Source: Candidatus Hydrogenedentota bacterium (GTDB lineage: Bacteria; Hydrogenedentota; Hydrogenedentia; Hydrogenedentales; JAEUWI01). From it: a DNA stretch of 52,702 bases. The notes below the pieces were generated by a model. It was not told the origin of the DNA, searched no databases, and saw only the letters and a program-made list of their open reading frames with translations. Made by a program: the position numbers and the translations under genes. The DNA is taken from positions 1-52,702 of the forward strand of contig JAJRPE010000175.1 in assembly GCA_024280935.1 (NCBI GenBank), read 5' to 3'. This document shows positions 16,694 to 25,725 of this stretch, piece by piece. Within the stretch, counting starts at the first letter, position 1; each line of letters starts with the position of its first letter.

Positions 16694-17331
16694 CCACCCT
16701 CCACGTAGCCCATCGCGGCCAATTTGTTCTGCAACTTCTTCCGGGCATGATGTAAGCGGCTCATCACCGTGCCTTCGCTGCAATTCATGACTTCCGCCAT
16801 TTCCTTGTAGGACAGCCCTTCCAATTCCCGCAGCACGAAGGCCATGCGATGTTTTGGAGAAATTCCGTCCAGCGCACGCTGTATTGCCATGCCCAGCTCT
16901 GTGTTGGCCAGGTCCTTGGCGGGATCCGACCGGGCAGGAAAAAGGTCCTGGGTCGGCATAGCGTCCATGGAAACCGTCGGAAGACGCCGTTTCTTAAAAT
17001 GATCCTTACAATGGTTGGCTGCAATACGCAGCAACCATGTTTTAATCCCTGCGTCCCCCCGAAAGCGCCCGAGGGAGCGGAAGGCCTTAATGAAGACCTC
17101 CTGCGAAACATCCCAAGCTTCTTCCCGGTCACGGAGGAAATGGTAACTCAGCCCATATACGTCATTGCGGTAGCGCCGTACCAACTCTTCAAATGCCTGC
17201 GACTCGCCAGATTGTGCACGGGCCACCAATTCCTGGTCGGTTGCATTGCGCGGTGGGGGCTGATTTTCCACAGGCTCCTCTTCCACAGCAGCGTGATCGT
17301 AGAACAAACGGGCTTCAATGGGTATGCTCAT
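16690..17331 (-). CDS. ECF-subfamily RNA polymerase sigma-70 factor
   Basis: Region 2: FEELVRRYRNDVYGLSYHFLRDREEAWDVSQEVFIKAF. Region 4: FVLRELEGLSYKEMAEVMNCSEGTVMSRLHHARKKL. Confidence 0.92.
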   Translation of the reverse strand: MSIPIEARLFYDHAAVEEEPVENQPPPRNATDQELVARAQSGESQAFEELVRRYRNDVYGLSYHFLRDREEAWDVSQEVFIKAFRSLGRFRGDAGIKTWLLRIAANHCKDHFKKRRLPTVSMDAMPTQDLFPARSDPAKDLANTELGMAIQRALDGISPKHRMAFVLRELEGLSYKEMAEVMNCSEGTVMSRLHHARKKLQNKLAAMGYVEGG

Positions 17332-17395
17332 ACGCTGAGTCTCCTCATTCCGAGGATAAAGACGCAGCCTGGCGACAAGTATTCAAAAAATAATC

Positions 17396-17543
17396 GTAAG
17401 CGTTCAGCCCCAAGGGGATTTTACACCGTCATTCCCACGCACGTGGGAATTCCAGAACGCGGTAGAAACCTCTTCGGTCATGCTGGATCCCCGCATTCGC
17501 GGGGATGACGATCTATTTTTGTATTCAGATGGTGAACGCTTAC
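17396..17543. mobile_element. MITE (148 bp), termini GTAAGCGTTCAG / GTGAACGCTTAC, 8-bp TSD AAATAATC; cargo is the D-type double hairpin
   Basis: AAATAATC occurs at 17388-17395 and 17544-17551. The interior has tcattcccacgcacgtgggaat and ggatccccgcattcgcggggatga hairpins, the reverse orientation of 24885-25002 and 46118-46226. Confidence 0.8.
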
Positions 17544-17551
17544 AAATAATC

Positions 17552-17643
17552 GTAAGAGTTCACGGGGCCGAAAAGGCTCCCCTCCTTGGCGGGGAACATA
17601 AGGACGTTGGCTCCGCCAACCCAAAACATGGGTGAATGCTTAC
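17552..17643. mobile_element. MITE (92 bp), termini GTAAGAGTTCAC / GTGAATGCTTAC, flanks AAATAATC / AAATAACC; cargo is the H-type module
   Basis: It directly abuts the previous element and shares its right-hand duplication. The interior matches the outer part of 9862-9989. Confidence 0.75.
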
Positions 17644-17870
17644 AAATAACCGATGGGCCATTGTAGCACCGAAGAAGGGGGCAATAAAGTGCGAATAATG
17701 CTACCATGCCTTTCCCGCGACACCGCCCCGGTGTCCAACTCCCGCAGCGACGGCCTTTCAGTCGCTTTGGCGCGAAATCTTCTGGTACACTGATGTCGGA
17801 GCAGTAGGTGGTGGGTAATCACAGAGTCGAATGGCCCGGTGCGATTCCGAGGACCAATTTTGGAGATTCC

Positions 17871-19448
17871 ATGCAACGAAAAAACAGCAAAGCCGAATTC
17901 TTTGCCCTTTTGACTTTTCTCGCCGCCCTTACCTTGTTGCTCACCAATGGATTCGCTCCCCGCATTCATGCGCAGGGTGGGGAAGTCGACTTGTATCCCA
18001 AGATCGAACCCATCGGTGAGGTGCTTTCAAATATACTCGATGAATTTGTGGAAGAACCCGATCTGGACCGCGTGGTGGAAGGTGCCATCTATGGCATGAT
18101 GGCTACGCTGGGCGAGCACAATGGCTTTATCCCTGCGGAGGCTCTTACCGAAATGCGAGAGGATACCCGCGGGGAGTTTGAGGGCATCGGTGTCTCGATC
18201 AAAGAAGATGCCAAAGATGTCGTAATCTACATGCCGATTGAAGGGGCGCCAGCGGCAAAGGCCGGCTTGCAAGCGGGTGATATTATTGTTGCTGTGGACG
18301 ATGTCACGATGGAATCTTTGTGGGAAGAAGCGGGAAACAGCCCCGCCTTCAGAATCGTCAATGCGGTGGCGGATCGTATTCGGGGGGAGCGGGGCACTTC
18401 CGTAAAGATTACTGTATCGCGCGACGAAGGCGGCTTCCGCCAGAACTTGGACTTTATGGTAAAACGGGCGAAAGTGCCTCTTGAAAGCATCAAGGAGGCG
18501 CGTGTTCTTCCTGAGGGAATCGGTTACATTCGTATTAAGGATTTCAAAGACAACACCGCAAGAGACATGCGCAAACGCCTTAATGAGTTTAAGGACGAGG
18601 GCATGATGGCCTTCGTACTCGATCTTCGCTGGAATCCCGGTGGCCTGTTGAGCGCGAGCAAGGAAGTGTGCGATCTCTTTCTACCGAAAAAATCGCTTGT
18701 AACCTACACCAGGGGACGGCAGCGCGAGAACGGTTCTGAGAACACCGATAACATGGAGTTGTACACGGAACACAAGCCCGTGTTGCCCTTGAGTTTCCCG
18801 ATGATAATTCTGGTCAACGGGGACACGGCAAGTTCGGCTGAGATCGTAACCGGTGCGCTGCAGTTTCATAAGCGGGCCTTGATTCTGGGCGAGAAAACTT
18901 TTGGCAAGGGCAGTGTGCAAACAATCATTCCGCTGACGCGGCTGAAAAATACCGCCTTGCGCCTCACTACGGCGCTCTATTACACCCCGGCGGACGTGAC
19001 CATTAATCATCAGGGCATTCTGCCCGACGTTTCGGTGCCCATGGAACGCAGCCACGTAAATGCGTTGCTCAACCAGATGTTTCGCAGCTATGAAAAAGAC
19101 TACATGAAGCGGAACGCACAGAATCACGGTACGGCTTCGGGCAACTCCGTTTCAGAAGAAGATCCAAACGACAGCGTGAAAAAAGATGCGCTGCTGGAAG
19201 ATGTTGCCGCCTACTACGGTGAAGATGTGGCCAACATCTTGCGCGACCGGGTCAGTCTGAAGGAGCGTGACGAAAAAACCGTCGAGGATCTCCCGCTGTT
19301 GCGTGCCGTGGAAATCATCCAGGAGGACGGCGGTTGGCCCGCGATTCTCAAGAAATATCACCGCGATGTCTCGGAAACACAGATGGCAGAGGGTTCTGTG
19401 GCGAGCGACGTTACGAAGTCTCCAGTGGAAAATACTGAAGTACAGTAA
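17871..19448 (+). CDS. S41-family carboxy-terminal processing protease with PDZ domain
   Basis: Signal/anchor [68 protein letters not shown] and [15 protein letters not shown] upstream of ATG 17871. Confidence 0.92.
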   Translation: MQRKNSKAEFFALLTFLAALTLLLTNGFAPRIHAQGGEVDLYPKIEPIGEVLSNILDEFVEEPDLDRVVEGAIYGMMATLGEHNGFIPAEALTEMREDTRGEFEGIGVSIKEDAKDVVIYMPIEGAPAAKAGLQAGDIIVAVDDVTMESLWEEAGNSPAFRIVNAVADRIRGERGTSVKITVSRDEGGFRQNLDFMVKRAKVPLESIKEARVLPEGIGYIRIKDFKDNTARDMRKRLNEFKDEGMMAFVLDLRWNPGGLLSASKEVCDLFLPKKSLVTYTRGRQRENGSENTDNMELYTEHKPVLPLSFPMIILVNGDTASSAEIVTGALQFHKRALILGEKTFGKGSVQTIIPLTRLKNTALRLTTALYYTPADVTINHQGILPDVSVPMERSHVNALLNQMFRSYEKDYMKRNAQNHGTASGNSVSEEDPNDSVKKDALLEDVAAYYGEDVANILRDRVSLKERDEKTVEDLPLLRAVEIIQEDGGWPAILKKYHRDVSETQMAEGSVASDVTKSPVENTEVQ

Positions 19449-19461
19449 GAATGGAGAAGCT

Positions 19462-20172
19462 ATGCGTACCGATGGTCGCGCCAGCGACGCACTGCGTCCA
19501 GTCTCATTTGAACGAAATTTCACCCGCCATGCTGCGGGGTCCGTCTTGGTGTCCTTTGGCGACACCAAAGTAATCTGTACTGCGAGTCTGGAGAAGCGTG
19601 TTCCTCCCTGGTTGCGGGATAGCGGCAAGGGGTGGGTGACCGCAGAGTACGCCATGCTTCCTGGGTCCACCCATGACCGAATTCGGCGCGATGCGAACAA
19701 GAAGGGGCGCGCTCTTGAGATCAGCCGCCTCATTGGGCGGTCGCTTCGGGCCATGGTTGACTTGGAAAAAATGGGTGAACAGATGATTACCTTGGACTGC
19801 GACGTGATCCAAGCAGACGGAGGAACGCGAACGGCGGCTATTTCCGGAGCCTACGTAGCCCTTCAGGATGCCGTGAGCAAGCTGCTCGCCGGTGGCGTAT
19901 TGACGGAATCCCCACTTACGGGCTACTGCGCTGCCGTAAGCGTGGGTGTCATAGGCGACGAGGTTCTCTTGGATTTGTGCTATGAAGAAGATGTCGTCGC
20001 GGATGTGGATATGAACATCGTGATGGATGATTCCGGAGACTTTATTGAGGTGCAGGGCTGCGCCGAAGGGCGGGCCTTCAATCGTGCGCAGATGGATGCC
20101 ATGCTGGCCTACGCTGGCTCGGGGATCGGGCAGATTATCGATGCCCAGAAGGATGCGCTGGTCCATGGCTGA
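19462..20172 (+). CDS. rph: Ribonuclease PH
   Basis: [42 protein letters not shown]...[14 protein letters not shown] upstream of ATG 19462. Confidence 0.95.
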   Translation: MRTDGRASDALRPVSFERNFTRHAAGSVLVSFGDTKVICTASLEKRVPPWLRDSGKGWVTAEYAMLPGSTHDRIRRDANKKGRALEISRLIGRSLRAMVDLEKMGEQMITLDCDVIQADGGTRTAAISGAYVALQDAVSKLLAGGVLTESPLTGYCAAVSVGVIGDEVLLDLCYEEDVVADVDMNIVMDDSGDFIEVQGCAEGRAFNRAQMDAMLAYAGSGIGQIIDAQKDALVHG

Positions 20173-20758
20173 GGTCTTACTCATCGGATCGGGAAATCGA
20201 GACAAGGCCCGTGAGCTGGCCGAACTCCTTCACGGGCTGCCGTGGGAAGTAAAGTGCTTGAAGGACCTTCCGGCGGTGGCGGAGCCCGAAGAAGACGGCG
20301 ATACCTTTGAAGCCAACGCCCTCAAGAAAGCGCGTTTCTATGGAGCGCATTTCGATGTGGCCTGCGTGGCAGACGACTCTGGATTGTGCGTGGACGCGCT
20401 GGACGGCGCTCCAGGCGTTTATTCGGCACGCTACGGTGGCGAGCATTGTAGCTATGAGGACAACAACAGAAAGCTGCTGAAGGCGTTAGCGGAAATGCCA
20501 TGGCACGAGCGCACGGCCCATTTTTCTTGCTGTGCGGCCTTCCTGCCGAAGGACCATGATATTCCCTACCTGGCAAAAGGGGTGGTGGCGGGGCACATCG
20601 CCGTGGCACCATCTGGCAATTCTGGTTTCGGCTATGACCCGCTTTTTGTGCCCGATGGCGAAGAACGAAGCTTTGCCGAAATGGGTCCTGAAGAGAAGCA
20701 CGCGATAAGCCACCGGGGCCGGGCCTTTGCGCGAATTCGTAGCTTTCTGGAATTGTAA
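20165..20758 (+). CDS. rdgB: Non-canonical purine NTP pyrophosphatase (RdgB/HAM1)
   Basis: [66 protein letters not shown]. 8-nt overlap with rph. Confidence 0.93.
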   Translation: MAEVLLIGSGNRDKARELAELLHGLPWEVKCLKDLPAVAEPEEDGDTFEANALKKARFYGAHFDVACVADDSGLCVDALDGAPGVYSARYGGEHCSYEDNNRKLLKALAEMPWHERTAHFSCCAAFLPKDHDIPYLAKGVVAGHIAVAPSGNSGFGYDPLFVPDGEERSFAEMGPEEKHAISHRGRAFARIRSFLEL

Positions 20759-20918
20759 GAGTTGCCGGGAAGCAGGAGGGCGGGTTTTCCTACCCGCCAC
20801 AAAGCACCCGTTGGGCCAGCCAATGTGCATGAGTCACGGAAGAGTCGCAGCGGCCTCTGCTTGCATCACGCCGCACTTATTGCGGACTGGAAAGTCCGCA
20901 CGCCTTCCCGATGTCTAC
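20755..20918. mobile_element. MITE-like element with BC-type cargo (inverted copy); left terminus GTAAGAGTTGCC, right terminus degenerate
   Basis: 20767-20912 is the reverse complement of the BC elements at 4825 and 42405. GTAA of the left terminus contains the rdgB TAA stop (20756-20758). No TSD is detectable. Confidence 0.65.
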
Positions 20919-20931
20919 TTGGAGTCCTCCC

Positions 20932-21555
20932 ATGGAACTGTTTGACGCGTCGCTCTCCGAATCAATCGAACATGCGGCACGCCTGCTTCACGCCGGGGAG
21001 GTGGTGGCCTATCCCACAGAAACTCTCTATGGATTGGCTGTGGACCCCTTCAACCCAGATGCGCTTGCACGGCTTTTTTCCGCCAAGGGACGTGCCCGCG
21101 AAAAGGCCATTCTGCTGATCGTCGGGGGAGCGGCCCACCTGGATCGCGTAACAACGGGAATATCACCCCAGGCCCAAGCGTACATGGATGCCGTTTGGCC
21201 CGGCCCCCTGTCCCTGCTCTTGCCCAAGCACCCGGATTTGCCCGAAGCCTTGGCCCCAGGCTTGGATCGCATTTGCGTACGCTGCCCCGGTTCAGCCGTG
21301 GCCCGTGCTCTCTGTGATGCGTTTGGCGGTCCCATTACCTCGACCTCCGCCAATGCGAGCGGTGAAGCACCCGTTCAGCGGCTGACAGACCTGATGCTCC
21401 CCGACATCGCGCTGGGCCTGGATGGCGGGGTTCTGGGAAATTCAAAGCCCTCTACTATCGTGGATGCAGAGACTGGCGAAGTCCTTCGTGAGGGAGCAAT
21501 CGGCGGCGCACGATTGGTGGCCATTCAGGGGCGGATAAGGCAAAAAGGTCCATGA
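20932..21555 (+). CDS. tsaC: L-threonylcarbamoyladenylate synthase (YrdC/TsaC type)
   Basis: VVAYPTETLYGLAVDPFNPDALARLFSAKGRAREKAILLIV and ITSTSANASGE. GGAG lies 7 nt upstream of ATG 20932. ATG 20911 lies inside the repeat. Confidence 0.9.
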   Translation: MELFDASLSESIEHAARLLHAGEVVAYPTETLYGLAVDPFNPDALARLFSAKGRAREKAILLIVGGAAHLDRVTTGISPQAQAYMDAVWPGPLSLLLPKHPDLPEALAPGLDRICVRCPGSAVARALCDAFGGPITSTSANASGEAPVQRLTDLMLPDIALGLDGGVLGNSKPSTIVDAETGEVLREGAIGGARLVAIQGRIRQKGP

Positions 21556-21715
21556 GCAAAACAATTCGGTATAGTGCTGAACCCCTTGGTGAACTTCGTT
21601 TAGAGCCTGTCACAAAATAAGCACAGCAAATGTTGTAAGCACTCATGACCGAGACAAATATAATCATCAAAAACTGTAGGTGTGGGGCCACCAAAACATG
21701 CACCCTCAAGGAGTG

Positions 21716-24676
21716 TCATTCAAACTTGGCCGGATCGATTGTCACATGCTTCGCATCCAGATGCCCCAGGAAATAGACAACGTGAATTAACCCATCGTCC
21801 GTTTGCAGCACGGTGAGTTCGGAAATGCCACCCTTCTCTTGTTCTTCAAGGCGCAGAGCCTGCTGCCAGGATAGGCCATCTTGGCTAATCGCAAGATAAA
21901 GCAGCGATTTGTCATTCAACGTGCGCTTTTCATGCGCCAACGGTGTGTACACGATCAGAAGGCGATTATCTTGGAGCATGATCGCGTCAAATTCTGAGAC
22001 GGGGCCGGGTAAGTTTGCAAGGGTGAGTTGCTCCTTGTTTGTTTTGCCGCCATTTGTCCAGTGCGATAATACGATACCCTCCTCCGTCCGACACAGGAGC
22101 TGAAGCGTCCCGTCATGATGTTTCAATAACGTTGGCTCAGTAGCGGTGAACGGAACTCCATCAAGCAAGGGCGTTGTGCGATGCCAGGAGTTTTTGGAGA
22201 TCGAAAACATCTCGAAAGACAGCTCCGATTTTCTCGTGCCGAGCGTGGCATGTTGGAGGGTGCCATCCGGTAGAATAAGGGGTTTGCTCCCATTGGGTCC
22301 AGTGATTTCCCAAGGTAATCGGCGGGGTTCTTGCCAAACCCTTCCCGCATCGTAGGACAGCCTGAATTCACCCCAGGCTGCCGTCTTCCCGCCTTGAACC
22401 TGGTAGAACAGCAGCAACGGACCCTTCGGGATTTGAACGAGCACGGGTTTTTTACACGGAAGTTTCTGGTCGTTGTATTGCACACCATCTGCTACCTCGA
22501 TTGCATCCGTCCAAGTTCCGTTGTGCCGACTTACCCAAACTCCGATTTCCCCCGGACGGCCTTCGATGCTTCCAGAACATGCGGCAGTAAGCCCGGTGGG
22601 TGTCTCGGCTAGTGTCAGACCATGAAATTGGTCAAACGAAATATCAGTGAAGATAAATTCTTCATCAACAACTGCCGACGGTGTCGACAATCCAGTGTGC
22701 TTCTTCAGGCGCAGCAGTACGTCACTTTTTTTCTGCGTGCTGTAGTCTATTGCGCCCTCGTGTGAGAGATGATAGAAGAAGCCGTCTTCAGCACCCAGCA
22801 GCAGGTCGGGTTGAGCATCGTTGTCCCAATCAACGGTTGTTGCGCTTGTGCTGTGTTTTGCCAGTTCTCGTTCTCCTAAGGGCCCCTCTTTCTTCAGCAC
22901 AGTCTTCCCGTCGTATGATCCATAGTTTCGCCACCAATCGACATTGGTCGCGTCTACCAGTAAATCGAGCCGGCCATCGCCATCCCAATCCACCATATCC
23001 AGCTTTCGACGGCCACTGCCACCGGCCGCACGGTCATTGAGTTGAATGGGCTCACCGTTTTCATGGACGAATATTCGTTGGGGAGGAAGCAATTCAAATC
23101 GGTCAACATTTTTGCGACGCTCATACAATGCCAGATAGCCCTCGTGATCGATCATGACCAAATCAACCAGGCCATCATTGGTAAAATCAACCGCAACAGG
23201 GGTCGTTCGCCATTGAGTGACCAGTTGTTTGCCGGTTGGGTCCCACCAATTCCACCTTGGTTTCAGGGGGGCTCCGCCCCAGGCAACTTCCACGGGTATT
23301 CCTCTGGCTAATTCAGGTTCTTGTTTGCTGCCGATATTTTTATACCAGAGAATTTCTCCCCACATGGAATTCACGATCAAGTCTGCCAAGCCATCCATAT
23401 CCCAATCCGCGACCGATAACACGGTCTGGCCCCATTTTGCCTCACAAGGCCCTTGGATCGATCCGTTTTCGCCCGCCGTGATGCGTATGACATCCCCGTC
23501 GGCCCGCAGGTACTGGGGAGCGCCCCATTTCGGCGATGCGCCGCCGCCGAAATTTTCGATAAATCCGATATAACCCGCGCTGTTACCGCAAAGAATATCC
23601 TCATCGCCATCGTCATCCCAATCGAATCCGACGGGTGTCGAATCGCTTCCAAACTTTACATAGGCTGCTTCCTGCTGAAAAAACTTGGGTGGTAAAAACT
23701 GAGGGATACCAGCGATAACCTGACCGCTGTGTTCCACCAGGGCTATTCGCCCATCCTCTTGCCCTACAACCAAGTCGATATCACCATCGTTGTCCCAATC
23801 GATTGCCACGGGCACGATCATTTGCAGATCCATGCGCAACGGATTTCCTCGGTGAGTCAGTTTCTTTCCAATGGTGTATTGCGCTTTGCTTCGTGTGCCA
23901 ATGTTTTCAAAGTAGGTGAAAGAATCCAGAAATTCTCCACAAAGTAGATCCAAGTCTCCGTCGCTGTCGAAATCGGCAAAGTTTGGGGAGGGCCAACCAT
24001 AGACATCTACGTCACTTCCCCCTGCTTGTATGCGGGTTGGCCTGGCATACTCAGGCATACGGGTTGTTCCCAGATTGCGTAGCAGATAGACAAAGCCATG
24101 AAGACGACCGTTTTTCCACGTGCCGTAAGCGTCGAAGGCGTTATCCCAACCGTAGTTTTCCCAGTCGCCGATACCAACAATCAGGTCGTATGCCCCGTCG
24201 TCATCGTAGTCCAAATAATTCCAATTTCGTGCCCGAATTCTTTTTGACGTGTGGACCTCAACACCCTGGTAAATTGGGGTTGCTTTTTTGAACCCCGCTT
24301 CTCGGAAGTCTACGAATTCATGACCTGGAACGAGGATGCGCGGTTGACCATCAACGTAGGAGAGGTGCATATAACGTGGCGCGTCACCAAGCCGTACACC
24401 GGGCCTGAATACAGGCATTTTCCCCTGACCGCCAGGGTTTTCAAAGAAATAGACACCGTTGGAAGGTTTGTCGGGACAGGCTACCAGCAAATCGAGGTCG
24501 CCATCCCCATCGTAATCCATGGGCAGGGGCCACGCCCAAAGCCCGACACCAAGGTCAACAAGGAGGCCCGGGTTGTTGTAGGGCACCCGTTGAAAGTCCT
24601 CAGCGGATGTGGTTCCTATGTTTAAGATGCTGGCGATTAGCAGGCTGAGCACCCATGTATGCTTCGATTTTTTCAC
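21716..24676 (-). CDS. Giant secreted protein: about nine FG-GAP/VCBS repeats fused to a C-terminal BNR/sialidase-like domain
   Basis: GTG 24676 with GGAG 9 nt upstream gives the signal MKKSKHTWVLSLLIASILNIGTTSA. Nine D-x-D-x-DG-x-x-D-L motifs are present (DYDGDGDLDLLV, DFDSDGDLDLLC, DWDNDGDIDLVV, ...). The C-terminal 330 aa or so has Asp-box-like SYDAGRVW and SQDGLSW. Confidence 0.85.
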   Translation of the reverse strand: MKKSKHTWVLSLLIASILNIGTTSAEDFQRVPYNNPGLLVDLGVGLWAWPLPMDYDGDGDLDLLVACPDKPSNGVYFFENPGGQGKMPVFRPGVRLGDAPRYMHLSYVDGQPRILVPGHEFVDFREAGFKKATPIYQGVEVHTSKRIRARNWNYLDYDDDGAYDLIVGIGDWENYGWDNAFDAYGTWKNGRLHGFVYLLRNLGTTRMPEYARPTRIQAGGSDVDVYGWPSPNFADFDSDGDLDLLCGEFLDSFTYFENIGTRSKAQYTIGKKLTHRGNPLRMDLQMIVPVAIDWDNDGDIDLVVGQEDGRIALVEHSGQVIAGIPQFLPPKFFQQEAAYVKFGSDSTPVGFDWDDDGDEDILCGNSAGYIGFIENFGGGASPKWGAPQYLRADGDVIRITAGENGSIQGPCEAKWGQTVLSVADWDMDGLADLIVNSMWGEILWYKNIGSKQEPELARGIPVEVAWGGAPLKPRWNWWDPTGKQLVTQWRTTPVAVDFTNDGLVDLVMIDHEGYLALYERRKNVDRFELLPPQRIFVHENGEPIQLNDRAAGGSGRRKLDMVDWDGDGRLDLLVDATNVDWWRNYGSYDGKTVLKKEGPLGERELAKHSTSATTVDWDNDAQPDLLLGAEDGFFYHLSHEGAIDYSTQKKSDVLLRLKKHTGLSTPSAVVDEEFIFTDISFDQFHGLTLAETPTGLTAACSGSIEGRPGEIGVWVSRHNGTWTDAIEVADGVQYNDQKLPCKKPVLVQIPKGPLLLFYQVQGGKTAAWGEFRLSYDAGRVWQEPRRLPWEITGPNGSKPLILPDGTLQHATLGTRKSELSFEMFSISKNSWHRTTPLLDGVPFTATEPTLLKHHDGTLQLLCRTEEGIVLSHWTNGGKTNKEQLTLANLPGPVSEFDAIMLQDNRLLIVYTPLAHEKRTLNDKSLLYLAISQDGLSWQQALRLEEQEKGGISELTVLQTDDGLIHVVYFLGHLDAKHVTIDPAKFE

Positions 24677-24884
24677 GGTGTTGACTCCAGATTCTGAGGG
24701 ATAATTCAGCATTAACTTCAAATCGCTCCGGTTGACAATAGAATTGCTGCCACCAAGTTGGCACAAGAGCAATCCTGTGTTCAAGTGCTGAATGCAGGGA
24801 GAGAGTCCCAAATGATGACATTTTTGCGTTAGCTACTTGTTCGGAGGGCTGTAAAATCAATACAATATGGAGTGTTCATTTGAC

Positions 24885-25002
24885 GTGAGCGTCGCGCATA
24901 ACCCAAGATCGTCATCCGCACGAACGCGGGGAGTCGGTAGTGATTCAGGGCGATCTTACTAATTCTAGATTCCCACGTGCGTGGGAATGATGTGGCGCTT
25001 TT
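24885..25002. mobile_element. MITE-like element with D-type double-hairpin cargo, degenerate termini (GTGAGCGTCGCGCAT ... TGTGGCGCTTTT)
   Basis: gatcgtcatccgcacgaacgcgggga ... attcccacgtgcgtgggaatga aligns with 46118-46226 and the reverse complement of 17426-17513. Confidence 0.6.
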
Positions 25003-25063
25003 TTTGTTTTTTTGGCCTTTTCGTTGAGTAAGGGCCTAACGTTAACCTACGGAACGCCTTCCC

Positions 25064-25516
25064 ATGAATATCGCCTTTGGATGTGACCACGCCGGTTATG
25101 AAGAACCCGAACCCTATTATGCGCCGACGATCATCGACCACCTCGAATCATTGGGCTATTCTGTGCAGCATTTGGGCACTCATGGTCAGGGTTCTGTAGA
25201 TTACCCGGACTTTGCGAACAAGGTTGCTCACGCGATTCTTGATGGTTCTGCGGAATTGGGCATATTGCTTTGCGGGACGGGCACGGGCATCAGTATTGCG
25301 GCCAACCGACATCGGGGTATTCGTGCGGCGGTTTGTGTGACGGAGGAAATGGTGCAGTTCGCACGCGCCCATAATAATGCGAATATTCTCTGCATTGGAA
25401 GGCGTATTTCCAGCATTGAAGAATGCAAGCACCTTATCAATAGCTTCCTGGGTACCGATTTTGATGGTGGCGAACGCCATGTGCGGCGTATCGACAAGAT
25501 GGACGAACTTGCTTGA
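25064..25516 (+). CDS. rpiB: Ribose-5-phosphate isomerase B (RpiB/LacAB family)
   Basis: NIAFGCDHAGY, VDYPDFA, GILLCGTGTGISIAANRHRGIRAA, ARAHNNANILCIGRR. Confidence 0.93.
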   Translation: MNIAFGCDHAGYEEPEPYYAPTIIDHLESLGYSVQHLGTHGQGSVDYPDFANKVAHAILDGSAELGILLCGTGTGISIAANRHRGIRAAVCVTEEMVQFARAHNNANILCIGRRISSIEECKHLINSFLGTDFDGGERHVRRIDKMDELA

Positions 25517-25521
25517 AACGA

Positions 25522-25560
25522 CACGGGTAAGCCCTGAGAGGCCTACCGGTGGCACCCGCC
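25522..25560. repeat. A-type palindromic unit, 6 nt after the rpiB stop
   Basis: cacgggtaagccctgagaggcctaccggtggcacccgcc. Confidence 0.85.
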
Positions 25561-25725
25561 GGTTGTTTATTAATGGTCAATATAACCCAAGAAAACTTTT
25601 CTTGTTGAGTTCGAACAGGTTTTCATCGAGGTTACAATGGCAGGGGCACAACCGAGAATTGGGGCCCTTGCCGCACGCAGCTTGAATTGAAATTGTTGGG
25701 GGTATTTACGCATGGAGAATAGTGA

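Noticed and set aside
17388-17651. Possible mini-CRISPR (repeat-spacer-repeat appearance of ...CTTACAAATAATCGTAAG...)
   Set aside because: There are only two units. The 'repeats' are inverted termini plus duplicated targets, the 'spacers' are themselves palindromic repeat modules found elsewhere, and there are no cas genes.
20881-20900. ctggaaagtccgc resembling the RNase P RNA CR-I motif (GAGGAAAGUCCGGGC)
   Set aside because: It is the loop and stem of the B hairpin, which occurs three times in the window in both orientations. No other RNase P conserved regions are nearby.
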